A stretch of DNA of 61,802 nt, filler included. It is 4 parts of 4 records of this genome, joined end to end, with 100 filler letters (N's around TTAATTAATTAA, not from the genome) between each part and the next. Parts side by side here need not be neighbours in the genome. Positions count along the whole stretch, not along the records: positions 1 to 28,039 come from DRR723986_13736; positions 28,140 to 41,586 come from DRR723986_13741; 2 more parts are not named here. One strand, written 5' to 3'. Both the position numbers and the translations under genes were made by a program. The notes beneath the pieces are model-generated. The model made no database searches and was not told the origin of the DNA. It was given only the letters and a program-made list of their open reading frames with translations. Shown piece after piece: positions 21,548-31,108 of this stretch. Within the stretch, counting starts at the first letter, position 1, and each line of letters starts with the position of its first letter.

Positions 21548-21669
21548 TCTTGTCTGATTCAGGTTCCAAGCCTCCTCAATTTACACTTTTTAACACCTGA
21601 CTCTTCTTAGTAACTTATCTAGGTTCATTATTTTCCAATCCGAATGAGTATTATTGTGGCAGCGCATTC

Positions 21670-23748
21670 ATGATCAAACTACCGCAAATCCATATCGGAA
21701 AGCTAAGCTTGCTGCTCGCCATCCTTGTATGGCTGGGTTTGCTATTTGTGAATCTGGTGAGGCTGGTTGGGGTACTCAATGAGATGGACTCTGGAATTGC
21801 CATCGAATTCACTTGGATTCTACAAATCCTATATTTCATCACGGTTTACAGCTTTTATAAATACTCGATCAATAAAAGTACCCAAAGCGACTTTCTGAAT
21901 CTCATCTGGCGCGGTGCATCGACCGGAATATTCGCAGTTACTGTTTATTTAATCATTGGTTTTTTTTACACCTCCCTTGGTGAAAGTAAGCTTGCTGGAG
22001 ATCCATTTCTCAAAACTTTCTTTTATCATGTCCGCTTTGGGCTCATGACTGTTTTTTTGATATCCACTTCTCTATTATGGCAGCACCTTATCCTCTACCA
22101 AAAAACTAAGCGAGTTGTAAAACAATGGCAGGCGTATGAAATCGCTTTGCTTGTAGCAATGTTTTTAGTGTTTTTTGATAGAGAAGCTTATGAGTACAGC
22201 TTTTATTTTGGCATGGTTCTACTTGGAATCTTGGCAGTCATCCTTTCTACTAATTTAAAATGGATTCCATATCTGACTTTTAAGGAGAAATGGAAATCTC
22301 TACTGTTCCTTGCCATAATTATTTTAGCTATTAGCTATATGCTGTGGTACACTGTTTCAGTGGATATGGAATACGATTACCTAGCAAACTTAATGGGTAA
22401 TCTATTCGTAATTTCTCTGTTTTGGTTCATACTGGTTTATGCTGTTCTCAGCTTTTTAGTAACGCTATTTAACCTTCCGACTTCCTCCGTTTTCGAGCAA
22501 AAACTAACTGAGGCTATAAATTTCCAGCGACTAAGCCAATCCATTCAGCCAGAAGAAAATGAGGAGCAAGTGCTGGATATTTTAATGGACTCCTGTATGA
22601 GTGCCGCCTATGCAGATGCGGCGTGGTTAGCGATGAAAAGTGAGGAATTCCCAGAAGGCTTTTTTCAGGAGAGATTCATAGATCGAAAGACAAGAGAAGA
22701 AATATCAGCACTGATCGAACCTCAAAAGACTATTCGAGATTGGGAATCTGAAAAAAGGCCGGATAATTTAAGTCCTATTAACCTTAGAATTGCTCATTCA
22801 AAATATGAATCAATTCTTTTGGTCCCTTTGGTGATCAACAAATCGGTCATTGGTAAAATAGTGTTGTGCAAGGAAGTGCGAGACGGCTTCAATAAGGAAA
22901 TGTTGAACATCATCAGCACATTTGGAAGACAAGCATGTATTGCCGTAGAAAATCATCGTTTGCTCAATCAGGCCATCCTCAATGAACGCTACCAAGAAGA
23001 ATTGAAAATTGCTCAGCGCGTTCAAAAATCTCTACTTCCTACCCAATTAGATCATAACGAGTATTTTGACATCTGCGCTTTTTCAAATGCAGCCGATGAA
23101 GTAGGCGGGGACTATTACGACACATACAAATTAGATGAAAATCGGTTTGTATTGATCATTGGAGACGTTTCTGGAAAAGGAACCTCTGCGGCTTTTCACA
23201 TGTCACAGATGAAAGGAATTTTTCAAAGTCTCATACAGTTGAATCTCAGTCCATCGGAATTTATGATCAAGGCTAATGCAGCACTAAGTAAATGTCTGGA
23301 ACGTAATCACTTTATCACCGCCTCCATATTTATTATCAATACTGCAAAACAAACTATCTGTCACTCCCGTGCAGGTCATGTACCTACGCTAATTCATAAG
23401 AAAAAATTAAACAAATCAGAGTATTTGGAGATTGATGGACTAGGTTTGGGAATTTTAAGAAACAAGCAATATGAAAATCACGTAGTGGAAAGGACATTCA
23501 CTTATCAACCTGGAGATGTATTGGTTTTATTCACAGACGGAATAGTAGAGGCAAAAAACAACAATTCCAATCAATTTGGCTACGAGCGTGTAAGAACCTT
23601 ATTGGAAGTTTACAACGAGCTTAATCCACAAGAAATCCAGACTAAAATCATTGATTCACTACATGATTTTGTAGGAGGAGACAGACTGATTGACGATGAT
23701 TATTCCATGATGGTGGTGAAATTTACCAAACAAAATAAAGCAAGCTAA
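21670..23748 (+). CDS. Multi-TM GAF + PP2C (SpoIIE/RsbU-type) phosphatase
   Basis: About 8 N-terminal TMs, GAF-like LLVPLV...IAVEN, GGDYYD, IGDVSGKG, FTDG, DDD motifs. Confidence 0.9.
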   Translation: MIKLPQIHIGKLSLLLAILVWLGLLFVNLVRLVGVLNEMDSGIAIEFTWILQILYFITVYSFYKYSINKSTQSDFLNLIWRGASTGIFAVTVYLIIGFFYTSLGESKLAGDPFLKTFFYHVRFGLMTVFLISTSLLWQHLILYQKTKRVVKQWQAYEIALLVAMFLVFFDREAYEYSFYFGMVLLGILAVILSTNLKWIPYLTFKEKWKSLLFLAIIILAISYMLWYTVSVDMEYDYLANLMGNLFVISLFWFILVYAVLSFLVTLFNLPTSSVFEQKLTEAINFQRLSQSIQPEENEEQVLDILMDSCMSAAYADAAWLAMKSEEFPEGFFQERFIDRKTREEISALIEPQKTIRDWESEKRPDNLSPINLRIAHSKYESILLVPLVINKSVIGKIVLCKEVRDGFNKEMLNIISTFGRQACIAVENHRLLNQAILNERYQEELKIAQRVQKSLLPTQLDHNEYFDICAFSNAADEVGGDYYDTYKLDENRFVLIIGDVSGKGTSAAFHMSQMKGIFQSLIQLNLSPSEFMIKANAALSKCLERNHFITASIFIINTAKQTICHSRAGHVPTLIHKKKLNKSEYLEIDGLGLGILRNKQYENHVVERTFTYQPGDVLVLFTDGIVEAKNNNSNQFGYERVRTLLEVYNELNPQEIQTKIIDSLHDFVGGDRLIDDDYSMMVVKFTKQNKAS

Positions 23749-23751
23749 ACG

Positions 23752-24084
23752 ATGCTAACAATAGAAACTCAGGAAGAGAACGGTCACACTATTTTGCGAC
23801 TCACTGGCGAGGTAGATGCCAGCAACTCAGTAATACTAGATGAAGCAATCACTAAGGTCGTTGCAGACGGAAGTAGTTCTATATTAGTTGATGGTGCGGG
23901 CCTAGAGTATATTTCTTCTGCAGGCTTGGGCGTATTTATGTCCTATTTGGAAGATTTTCAGGAAAAAGAGATTGATCTGAAAATCTATTCTTTATCCGAA
24001 AGGGTATATGAAGTATTTAAAATTTTGGGACTAGATCAGTTGATGCACATTTACCCAAATAAAAAAACTGCGTTAGAAAGCTGA
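23752..24084 (+). CDS. STAS anti-sigma-factor antagonist (RsbV/SpoIIAA-like)
   Basis: LTGEVDA, LEYISSAGLGV with phospho-acceptor Ser, VFKILGLD. Confidence 0.92.
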   Translation: MLTIETQEENGHTILRLTGEVDASNSVILDEAITKVVADGSSSILVDGAGLEYISSAGLGVFMSYLEDFQEKEIDLKIYSLSERVYEVFKILGLDQLMHIYPNKKTALES

Positions 24085-24085
24085 T

Positions 24086-24499
24086 ATGAAACATCAGATG
24101 AAAATATCTTGTCAAACAGCAGCACTCTCAGAACTGCGAGTCTTTTTAAAAAAGACCTTGGGAGAGTTTCGCCTGTCTGATGTCGACCAGCTCCAGCTTA
24201 TTTTGGCAGTGGAAGAGGTATGTGCTAATCTGATAATTCATTCGCATAAGTGTAATGCACTTGATTATATTCAACTAGACATCAAACAAAATCCAGGGAA
24301 ATTAATTTTTGAAATTACCGATGAAGGTAAAGCATTCAATATGCTCGATTATGAAGTACCCGACCTAAATAAAGTCAAAGGTGATAAGCGAAAAGGAGGT
24401 TTAGGCATAATTTTGGTCAAGAAGATCATGGATGAAATTGAGTTTGATTCTACCAGAGGCACCAATACCTGTCGGCTGATCAAATGGTTTCAGTCCTAA
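24086..24499 (+). CDS. Anti-sigma-factor-type Ser kinase (RsbW/SpoIIAB-like HATPase)
   Basis: EEVCANLIIH N-box, DEGKAF G1 box, GGLGIILVKKIMDEI G2 box. Confidence 0.9.
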   Translation: MKHQMKISCQTAALSELRVFLKKTLGEFRLSDVDQLQLILAVEEVCANLIIHSHKCNALDYIQLDIKQNPGKLIFEITDEGKAFNMLDYEVPDLNKVKGDKRKGGLGIILVKKIMDEIEFDSTRGTNTCRLIKWFQS

Positions 24500-24546
24500 T
24501 TCTTGTTAAAACCTTAGTATTCGGGACTTTTGACTTTAAATCCTAA

Positions 24547-24554
24547 TAAATTTG
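24547..24554 (+). promoter_or_regulatory. Bacteroidota -7 promoter element TAAATTTG for the PPIase genes
   Basis: Exact TAnnTTTG 32 nt before ATG 24587; upstream TTTG (24529-24532) is only 14 nt away. Confidence 0.45.
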
Positions 24555-24586
24555 TAAAATTGCAATCCAAATCTTGCATTCACCAC

Positions 24587-26587
24587 ATGACAAACCGAAC
24601 CATTTCGGCATATATAATCACATTCCTTATAGTATTTGGACCCACAGTATCTGCGATGGCATTTATACAGGCCCCAAATCAGGGTGACCCTTTATTGACT
24701 TTAGGAGGTAAAGCTGTAGATAAAGACGAGTTGATTTACTTATTAACTAAAGGAAATAAGTCTGAACCCGGTACTCCAGGAATGTCAAGAGAAGAATACG
24801 AAGAGAACCTTGACCTTTTTATCAATTACAAGTTAAAAGTAAGAGAGGCCGAAGCACAGGGACTCGATCAGACAGAGGAATTCAATAGAGAATTTGAATC
24901 GTTCAGAGAAAACCTAAAAGCTCCCTTTCTCATTCGAAACTCATTGGAAGAAGGTGAATTAAGGAAAGCCTATTCAAGAATGCAGGAGATAATTCGTGCG
25001 AGTCACATCCTACTTCAATTCCCTCAAAACGCAACCAAAGAAGATAGTTTAATTGTCTTACGGATGGCTTTGAAAATTGAAGACGAAATAAAAAATGGTG
25101 GCAGCATCAACGAATTAGCAGTAAAATATTCTGATGATCCTTCGGCTCAGGTAAACAAAGGAGACCTAGGATATTTCACCGCCCTTCAGATGGTTCAGGC
25201 ATTTGAAGACGCAGCATTTTCTCTTCAGCCAGGTCAAGTTTCTGACCCAGTGTTAACCAATTTTGGTTACCATATAATAAATGTGAAAGACCGTCAGCCG
25301 AATCCGGGACAGGTAAGAGTTTCGCACATCCTAGTCAGAATCGATGATAATGATACGAATGGCGAAGACCTTGCTAAAAGAAAAGTAGCTGACATTTATA
25401 CCGAAATACAAAAGGAAAATACAATCTGGGAAGATATCGTAAAAAACTATTCTGAGGATCCTTCAAGTAGTCAAAAAGGAGGTATTCTACCCTGGTTTAG
25501 CGTTGGGTCTATGATTCCGGAATTTGAAATGGCTGCATTTTCGCTGACAGAAATAGGCGAAGTATCTCCTCCTATTCGTACCAAATATGGATACCATATT
25601 CTGAGATTGGAGGGTAAAAAGCCGCTTGATACTTTTGAATCAATGGAAGAAAGTATTCGGTCTAAAATACTAAGAGATTCTCGTTCTACGATGATACAGT
25701 CACAGGTGATGGCGATTCAGAAATCCCGCTACAACTTTGATGAAAACGAAGAAAATGTCGCAAAATTAAGAACTGAATTAAGCTCAACTTCCAAGAATGA
25801 TTTTGCTCAGGTAGTGGCAGACAAGGATTTAGCTAAAAATCAAATTTTCTCTCTTCAGGGAAAAAGTTACATCACACAAGATCTTGTGGACTATATGAAT
25901 GAGCAGGAAATCAAGATTCCCACTAACGATGGGGTTTTCGATGCTTGGTACGAAAGATTTGCAGCAACCATTCTAAATGAAGCTGAAGAAGCTGACTTAG
26001 AAGCTAACAATAAGGAATATCGTATGCTCTTGAAGGAATATAGAAATGGCATTTTGTTATTCTCACTGATGAATGAGGAAGTCTGGCAAAAAGGCCTGAT
26101 GGATTCTGTTGCCCAAAAGGCCTATTATCGAAATAATATCCAAAATTACCAGTGGAAAGAAAGAGTAAACGCCTACATCGTAAAAGTACTTGATATGACT
26201 CAGTTGGATGCTGCTAGACAATTACTTCAGGGAAAACCACTTTCAGAGGAGCTAATCTCGACTTTTGATGCAGGTTATGAAGGCACTAACTCTTTAGCAT
26301 ATCAAACTGAAACCGGCACCATCGAATACGCTGAACATCCTGTCTTATCCAAAGCAAATATTGATTTAACCTATCAAGAAATAGAAACCAACGGACATTT
26401 GCACATTGTTATTTTAGGAGAAAAAACCAGTGCAGGGCCGAAAAAATTCGAGGAAACCCGAGGGGTGGTAATTCGAGATTACCAAGAATACTTAGACAGA
26501 AGTCTAGTTGAATCATTACGAAAAAAATACCCGATCAAGATAAATCCCAAGGCGAAAGAAGAAACTTTCATAGCTTTAAATCAATAA
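24587..26587 (+). CDS. Periplasmic parvulin-type peptidyl-prolyl isomerase, two PpiC domains (SurA-like)
   Basis: RASHIL, YSDDPS...GDLGYF, TNFGYHII, second domain VSHIL...TKYGYHIL; start moved to ATG 24587. Confidence 0.9.
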   Translation: MTNRTISAYIITFLIVFGPTVSAMAFIQAPNQGDPLLTLGGKAVDKDELIYLLTKGNKSEPGTPGMSREEYEENLDLFINYKLKVREAEAQGLDQTEEFNREFESFRENLKAPFLIRNSLEEGELRKAYSRMQEIIRASHILLQFPQNATKEDSLIVLRMALKIEDEIKNGGSINELAVKYSDDPSAQVNKGDLGYFTALQMVQAFEDAAFSLQPGQVSDPVLTNFGYHIINVKDRQPNPGQVRVSHILVRIDDNDTNGEDLAKRKVADIYTEIQKENTIWEDIVKNYSEDPSSSQKGGILPWFSVGSMIPEFEMAAFSLTEIGEVSPPIRTKYGYHILRLEGKKPLDTFESMEESIRSKILRDSRSTMIQSQVMAIQKSRYNFDENEENVAKLRTELSSTSKNDFAQVVADKDLAKNQIFSLQGKSYITQDLVDYMNEQEIKIPTNDGVFDAWYERFAATILNEAEEADLEANNKEYRMLLKEYRNGILLFSLMNEEVWQKGLMDSVAQKAYYRNNIQNYQWKERVNAYIVKVLDMTQLDAARQLLQGKPLSEELISTFDAGYEGTNSLAYQTETGTIEYAEHPVLSKANIDLTYQEIETNGHLHIVILGEKTSAGPKKFEETRGVVIRDYQEYLDRSLVESLRKKYPIKINPKAKEETFIALNQ

Positions 26588-26639
26588 TATTTTACAAAAG
26601 AAAACCGTCATATTAGAACGTAAGGACGGAAAAAATCCC

Positions 26640-28007
26640 ATGAAATTGCTAAACCGACTAACTTTCACTTTAATAGCTAGCTTGCTGATTACCGCATCAT
26701 TTGCTCAAGAAACAACACCTACCACAGGTCAGGTACTTGATAAAATCGTGGCTAAAGTGGACAATTATATTTTATTGGAATCAGACGTTCAAAAAGCGTA
26801 TTTGGAAGCTATTTCCCAAAATCAACCTGGACAAGAAGCCCCCAGCAGATGTCAAGTATTTGAGTCATTGATGATCAATAAACTAATGGTAGCCAAAGCA
26901 GAAGTGGATTCTGTAATCGTTACCGATGCTGAGGTAATGCTTCAAACCGAACAGCGATTCAACATGGTGCTTCAGCAGTTTGGCGGAGATGAAAATACAC
27001 TGGTAGAAGCTTACGGAAAAACTTCAGATCAACTCAAAACTGAAATTGAAGATGTGATTAGAGAGCAATTAATTGTACAACGGATGAGAAGTCAGATCAC
27101 AGAAGGTGTGACTGTTTCTCCAAATGACGTTAGACAGTTTTTCAACAGCATACCTACAGACTCATTACCTCTATTTACTTCAGAAGCTACAGTAGGACAA
27201 ATCGTAGTCAAACCCGAAGTAAATCCCCAAACAAAGCAGGACCTTTATGACCGAATGGTTCAGTTCAAGAAAGATATTGCCGAGGGTAGAGCGGATTTTG
27301 CTGATTTGGCGAGACGTTACTCAGAAGATCCTGGTTCAGCTGCCAACGGTGGTAATTTAGGGTTTTCCTCAAGAGGCCAAATGGTCCCTGAATACGAAGG
27401 AGCTGCATTATTACTGAGGCAAGGTGAAATTTCTGACCCAGTAGAAACTGCCTATGGATTCCATATTATTCAGTTATTGGAGAAAAAAGACAATACCTAT
27501 AATACAAGGCACATTCTGATGTCACCGAAAGCCACAACGGCAGATATTGAAAAATCTGAGAGATTTCTAGATAGCCTTAAAACGGAGATTGAAGCAGGTA
27601 GAATGGAATTTGCAAAAGCTGCTAAAGACTATTCTGATGACAGAAGCACATCAGATAATGGCGGCTTTTTCACCGATCCATCCAATAGTTCCAATCGCCT
27701 CTCTTTAAGAACTCTCGAAGATCCTAGTCTGTATTTTATGATAGATTCCATGGAGGTAGGTGACATTACGCCACCGATGCAGTTTGATGATCCGAGAGAA
27801 GGCAAAAAGGTTCGTATTATCTATTACAAAGCAAAATATCCTGCACATAGAGCTAATATGAATGATGACTACGAAAAGCTAAAAGCAGCAGCACTTCGCA
27901 AAAAAGAAGATGATTTGCTCAGCAAATGGTTTATCACCGCCAAGGAAGATATATTCATAGATCTTGACCCAGCCTATGACCGATGTAATGCCCTCGCTGC
28001 GAAGTGA
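26640..28007 (+). CDS. SurA-type chaperone/PPIase
   Basis: Signal peptide, LDKIVAKVDNYILLESDV SurA N-domain, YSEDPGS...GGNLGF, TAYGFHIIQL. Confidence 0.9.
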   Translation: MKLLNRLTFTLIASLLITASFAQETTPTTGQVLDKIVAKVDNYILLESDVQKAYLEAISQNQPGQEAPSRCQVFESLMINKLMVAKAEVDSVIVTDAEVMLQTEQRFNMVLQQFGGDENTLVEAYGKTSDQLKTEIEDVIREQLIVQRMRSQITEGVTVSPNDVRQFFNSIPTDSLPLFTSEATVGQIVVKPEVNPQTKQDLYDRMVQFKKDIAEGRADFADLARRYSEDPGSAANGGNLGFSSRGQMVPEYEGAALLLRQGEISDPVETAYGFHIIQLLEKKDNTYNTRHILMSPKATTADIEKSERFLDSLKTEIEAGRMEFAKAAKDYSDDRSTSDNGGFFTDPSNSSNRLSLRTLEDPSLYFMIDSMEVGDITPPMQFDDPREGKKVRIIYYKAKYPAHRANMNDDYEKLKAAALRKKEDDLLSKWFITAKEDIFIDLDPAYDRCNALAAK

Positions 28008-28011
28008 CGAA

Positions 28012-28039
28012 AAAGGCCCGAGATTAATCTCGGGCCTTT
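28012..28039 (+). terminator. Perfect 28-bp palindrome, probable terminator, at contig end
   Basis: AAAGGCCCGAGATTAATCTCGGGCCTTT is its own reverse complement; 4 nt after the stop codon. Confidence 0.8.
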
Positions 28040-28139
28040 NNNNNNNNNNNNNNNNNNNNNNNNNNNNNNNNNNNNNNNNNNNNTTAATTAATTAANNNNN
28101 NNNNNNNNNNNNNNNNNNNNNNNNNNNNNNNNNNNNNNN
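28040..28139. other. Artificial contig linker
   Basis: 44 N + TTAATTAATTAA (stops in all six frames) + 44 N; sharp composition change across it. Confidence 0.98.
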
Positions 28140-28231
28140 GGATTTTGCCCTCTGTTGATCATTCCCCACACGCGTCGCGCCCGATACCCAACGGCCATCC
28201 GGGCGCCCATCTCTGAAAGAAGCGGTATGCG

Positions 28232-28303
28232 CGTCATTCCATGACGTGCCCGAGGCAGCGTCCGGAGATGGATCCCCAGACCGCTGCGCGGCTGGGGATG
28301 ACA
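28232..28303. repeat. Alphaproteobacterial REP-like palindromic element
   Basis: CGTCATTCC...TGGATCCCCAG-a-CCGC-tgc-GCGG-CTGGGGATGACA; nested hairpins with GTCAT/ATGAC ends; one copy in window. Confidence 0.55.
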
Positions 28304-28408
28304 CATGTGGAAAGCTATCCACCACTTCAGCCATTTGATCCTGCCGCAACCATTGCCGCAAAAATAAATTCATCCGACACCTCCGTAGCCTGACGTATAG
28401 TTCGGTAC

Positions 28409-28784
28409 ATGTCGTTCCTGCAGCCTCCCGAAGGCTTCCCGCCGCATCTCGTCTGCATCTGGCCGCTGGTCTGGGCCAGCTGCTCCTGCTCACGTCGCGG
28501 TGCGGGCGGCCTATGGGCAGGATGCGCGCTATTACTGGAGCATCACCCCGAACGGGCGGGTAATCCCGACCTGCATTCACTTCGGCCTGAAAGACAAAAC
28601 CGCGCGCGACTGGCTGAAGCCCCGCGAGCATTGCAATGACCGCCTGGCGGCCGCTTGCGATGGCCTGGCCTTTGCGCCCACTTATACGGCACGGTGTGAC
28701 GAGCCACATGATGCCAAGGGTGCGCTTGTCGCACGTGGTAGCACGCAAGCCTGCATCTTGAACCGGCTCCTGCCGGAAACCTGA
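28409..28784 (+). pseudogene. Small hypothetical gene apparently split by frameshift(s) near 28475-28500
   Basis: MSFLQPPEGFPPHLVCIWPLVWA (frame of 28409) reads on plausibly as QLLLL and then AVRAAYGQDARYYWSITPNGRV...LPET (frame of 28500). Confidence 0.4.
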
Positions 28785-28828
28785 CGCGGGGCCTGATCCT
28801 GAAAAGCAAGTTTTCCTTCCAAGCGCCT

Positions 28829-29923
28829 TTACGGGCGTTGCACGTGCTGGCGAAGGGCGCCGTCCCTTGACCCCACAAAGGTTTTCTTCAGCCAACGCTG
28901 AAGCGGAACCTCATAGAAAACCGTGGCGGCCTGTGTAACCAAGGCCGCAAACACGGCCATGAAGACCACATTGAAGGTCTGCCCCATTCCAAGCTTGGCG
29001 AGCACGACGCCCGCCCCCATAAAGAGCGGCACGTGCAGGATATAGACCCCGTAAGAGACCTGCCCCAGCCAGCGGCAGGCGCCGTCCGCGACCCGCCAGA
29101 TGCTGGCCTGCGCCGCCAGGTAAACCGTCACCGGGATCAGGACCAGCGTGGCGAAAACATCGAACCCGCGCCGATAGGTGTCCGGCGCCGGGAAAGCGAG
29201 GATGAAAAGGAACAAGGCGAGCGGCAGGAGGACCGGGACTTTCCCGATCCGGCGCCAGGCCAGAAGGTCGTGGATCGCCACGCCGCAGAAGAAGGAAAAC
29301 AGCACGCGGGAGAGCCCGACATCAAAGTCCGACCAGAGCCAGCCTGCGCCGAGCAGGTCTGCATGGAACACGGACACCCCGACCCAGACGGCACAGATCG
29401 CCAGGAAGCCAAGCCTCAGCCGGGCGCCTACCAGCCATGCGCCCATCGCCCAGGCCGCATTCGCGACGAGTTCGAAGAACAGCGACCATGCCGGTCCGTC
29501 GAAGGGAAACAGGGCATCATTCGGCGGCACCGCACCCAACGTGCTGGGCGATGGCAGGAACAGAACGCCTGAAATGGCCGACGGGAGGAAACTTCCGGGC
29601 TCCACTTCGCCCCAGCCTCTCAAGGCAAAAGCCAGGGTCACCGCCATGCCGATGATCAGGCCCAGCAAGTAAAGCGGATAAAGCCGGATGATCCGCAGCT
29701 TGAAAAAGCGCGCCACTCCGGCCCGGTCCTTCACCATGTCGCTATAGGCCATGGCCAGGACGAGCCCGCTCAGCACGAAGAAAAAGTCGACCGCAAGGTG
29801 CCGGCCGGAAAGGAGCTGGCGAAGCGGTTCGGAAGGCACATGGTCCACAATGACAGCGAATGCCGCAATGCCCCGCATGCCATCCAGCAGGACCAGCCGC
29901 TCCTTCGATTGCCCTGCCCCCAT
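28829..29923 (-). CDS. Acyltransferase-3 (OafA/YrhL-type) membrane O-acyltransferase
   Basis: LDGMRGIAAFAVIVDH, VDFFFVLSG, RIIRLYP, WSLFFE, SYGVYILH. Confidence 0.93.
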   Translation of the reverse strand: MGAGQSKERLVLLDGMRGIAAFAVIVDHVPSEPLRQLLSGRHLAVDFFFVLSGLVLAMAYSDMVKDRAGVARFFKLRIIRLYPLYLLGLIIGMAVTLAFALRGWGEVEPGSFLPSAISGVLFLPSPSTLGAVPPNDALFPFDGPAWSLFFELVANAAWAMGAWLVGARLRLGFLAICAVWVGVSVFHADLLGAGWLWSDFDVGLSRVLFSFFCGVAIHDLLAWRRIGKVPVLLPLALFLFILAFPAPDTYRRGFDVFATLVLIPVTVYLAAQASIWRVADGACRWLGQVSYGVYILHVPLFMGAGVVLAKLGMGQTFNVVFMAVFAALVTQAATVFYEVPLQRWLKKTFVGSRDGALRQHVQRP

Positions 29924-30157
29924 GACTGGTTCCCCGCCTCGACCGGCCAGACATCTGCCTTCGCCGGAAATTCTACGATTGGGACACGATGAGTAACCTG
30001 TGCCCCGCGACCAAGTTCCTCATCCTCAAGAAATGTACCAGTCCCGCCAAACTTGCTACTACTAGCATGGAAATTGCAACCGGACTGGTCATATCCGGCC
30101 CGTCATATCCGGCTTGGCGCCGGGATGCCGGCTGGCCAAACCGCGGAAGGCTCTAAA

Positions 30158-30979
30158 ATGGCGAATGCCACACAATTACTCCGCCGGGGCCTGATCGGCG
30201 GATTGAACAGGGTCGGTCTCAGCCGCCACAATCTGGCAACCGCGCGCACCTGCTGTGAACGCCATGTCCTGGCGGCTGTCGGCCAGGCCCGGCGGCGCTA
30301 TATCGGGCGCATTCTCTGCTATCACTCGATCGGGCAGGAAGACTGGGGCGTCAATGATGTGACCCCGGCAATGTTTCGCAATCAGATCGAACAGGCGCTG
30401 AACGCAGGCTTCCGGTTTGTTCCCGCGTCCGAAATCGTGCGGACCGGGGGCGGGGAAAAGGATCTCGCCATCACGTTCGACGACGGGCTGAAAACCGTCC
30501 TGACCCAGGCCGCACCGATCCTGAAAGACTACAACATTCCGTGGACCTTCTTCCCGGTTTCAGAATGGTCGGACGGGCGGCACGATAGCGACGATAACAC
30601 TTTCCTCACTTGGAACGAAATCGAAACCCTGATGAAAGAGGGGGCGGAGATGGGCAGCCATTCCGCCACCCACCCGCAGTTCCAGACGATTGGCCGGGAC
30701 CAGATCATTGATGAGCTTGCCGGCTCGCGGGAGCTGTTCCAGAAGCGCCTCGGCATTGCCCCGGACTCCTTCGCCATCCCGTTCGGGCAATCAGGAAACT
30801 GGACGAAGATGGCGCATGACATCGCGCTTGAAGCAGGGTATTCGACCATCTTTGCGCAGGCAGAAGAAACGCGCCCCACTGATACGGTCGCGAGAACTTT
30901 CGTGACCAAATTCGATCACGAATTCATTTTCCGGGCGATTCTGAAAGGCAAGTTTGACCGGTGGGAGGAATGGTTCTGA
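30158..30979 (+). CDS. Polysaccharide deacetylase (CE4/NodB-type)
   Basis: ILCYH, ITFDDG, GSHSATH, FAIPFG; start moved to ATG 30158. Confidence 0.9.
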   Translation: MANATQLLRRGLIGGLNRVGLSRHNLATARTCCERHVLAAVGQARRRYIGRILCYHSIGQEDWGVNDVTPAMFRNQIEQALNAGFRFVPASEIVRTGGGEKDLAITFDDGLKTVLTQAAPILKDYNIPWTFFPVSEWSDGRHDSDDNTFLTWNEIETLMKEGAEMGSHSATHPQFQTIGRDQIIDELAGSRELFQKRLGIAPDSFAIPFGQSGNWTKMAHDIALEAGYSTIFAQAEETRPTDTVARTFVTKFDHEFIFRAILKGKFDRWEEWF

Positions 30980-31108
30980 GCCTCCTTGCCCCCCGCCTGC
31001 AGGCACCTGTCTGAGGCCACCAGAGTCACGTCAACAAACCCCGCCGCGCTCTGTCGACCAAACTCCGATGGCAGCGGCATACAGATAAAGTCTTTTGGAG
31101 GATATTCA

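Noticed and set aside
28040-28139. GC shift suggesting a genomic island, and the repeated TTAATTAATTAA as a biological repeat
   Set aside because: Both coincide with synthetic N-flanked linkers
28092-28895. 267-aa minus-strand ORF
   Set aside because: Low-complexity Arg/Ala/Pro content, no motifs, runs into Ns and through the REP-like element
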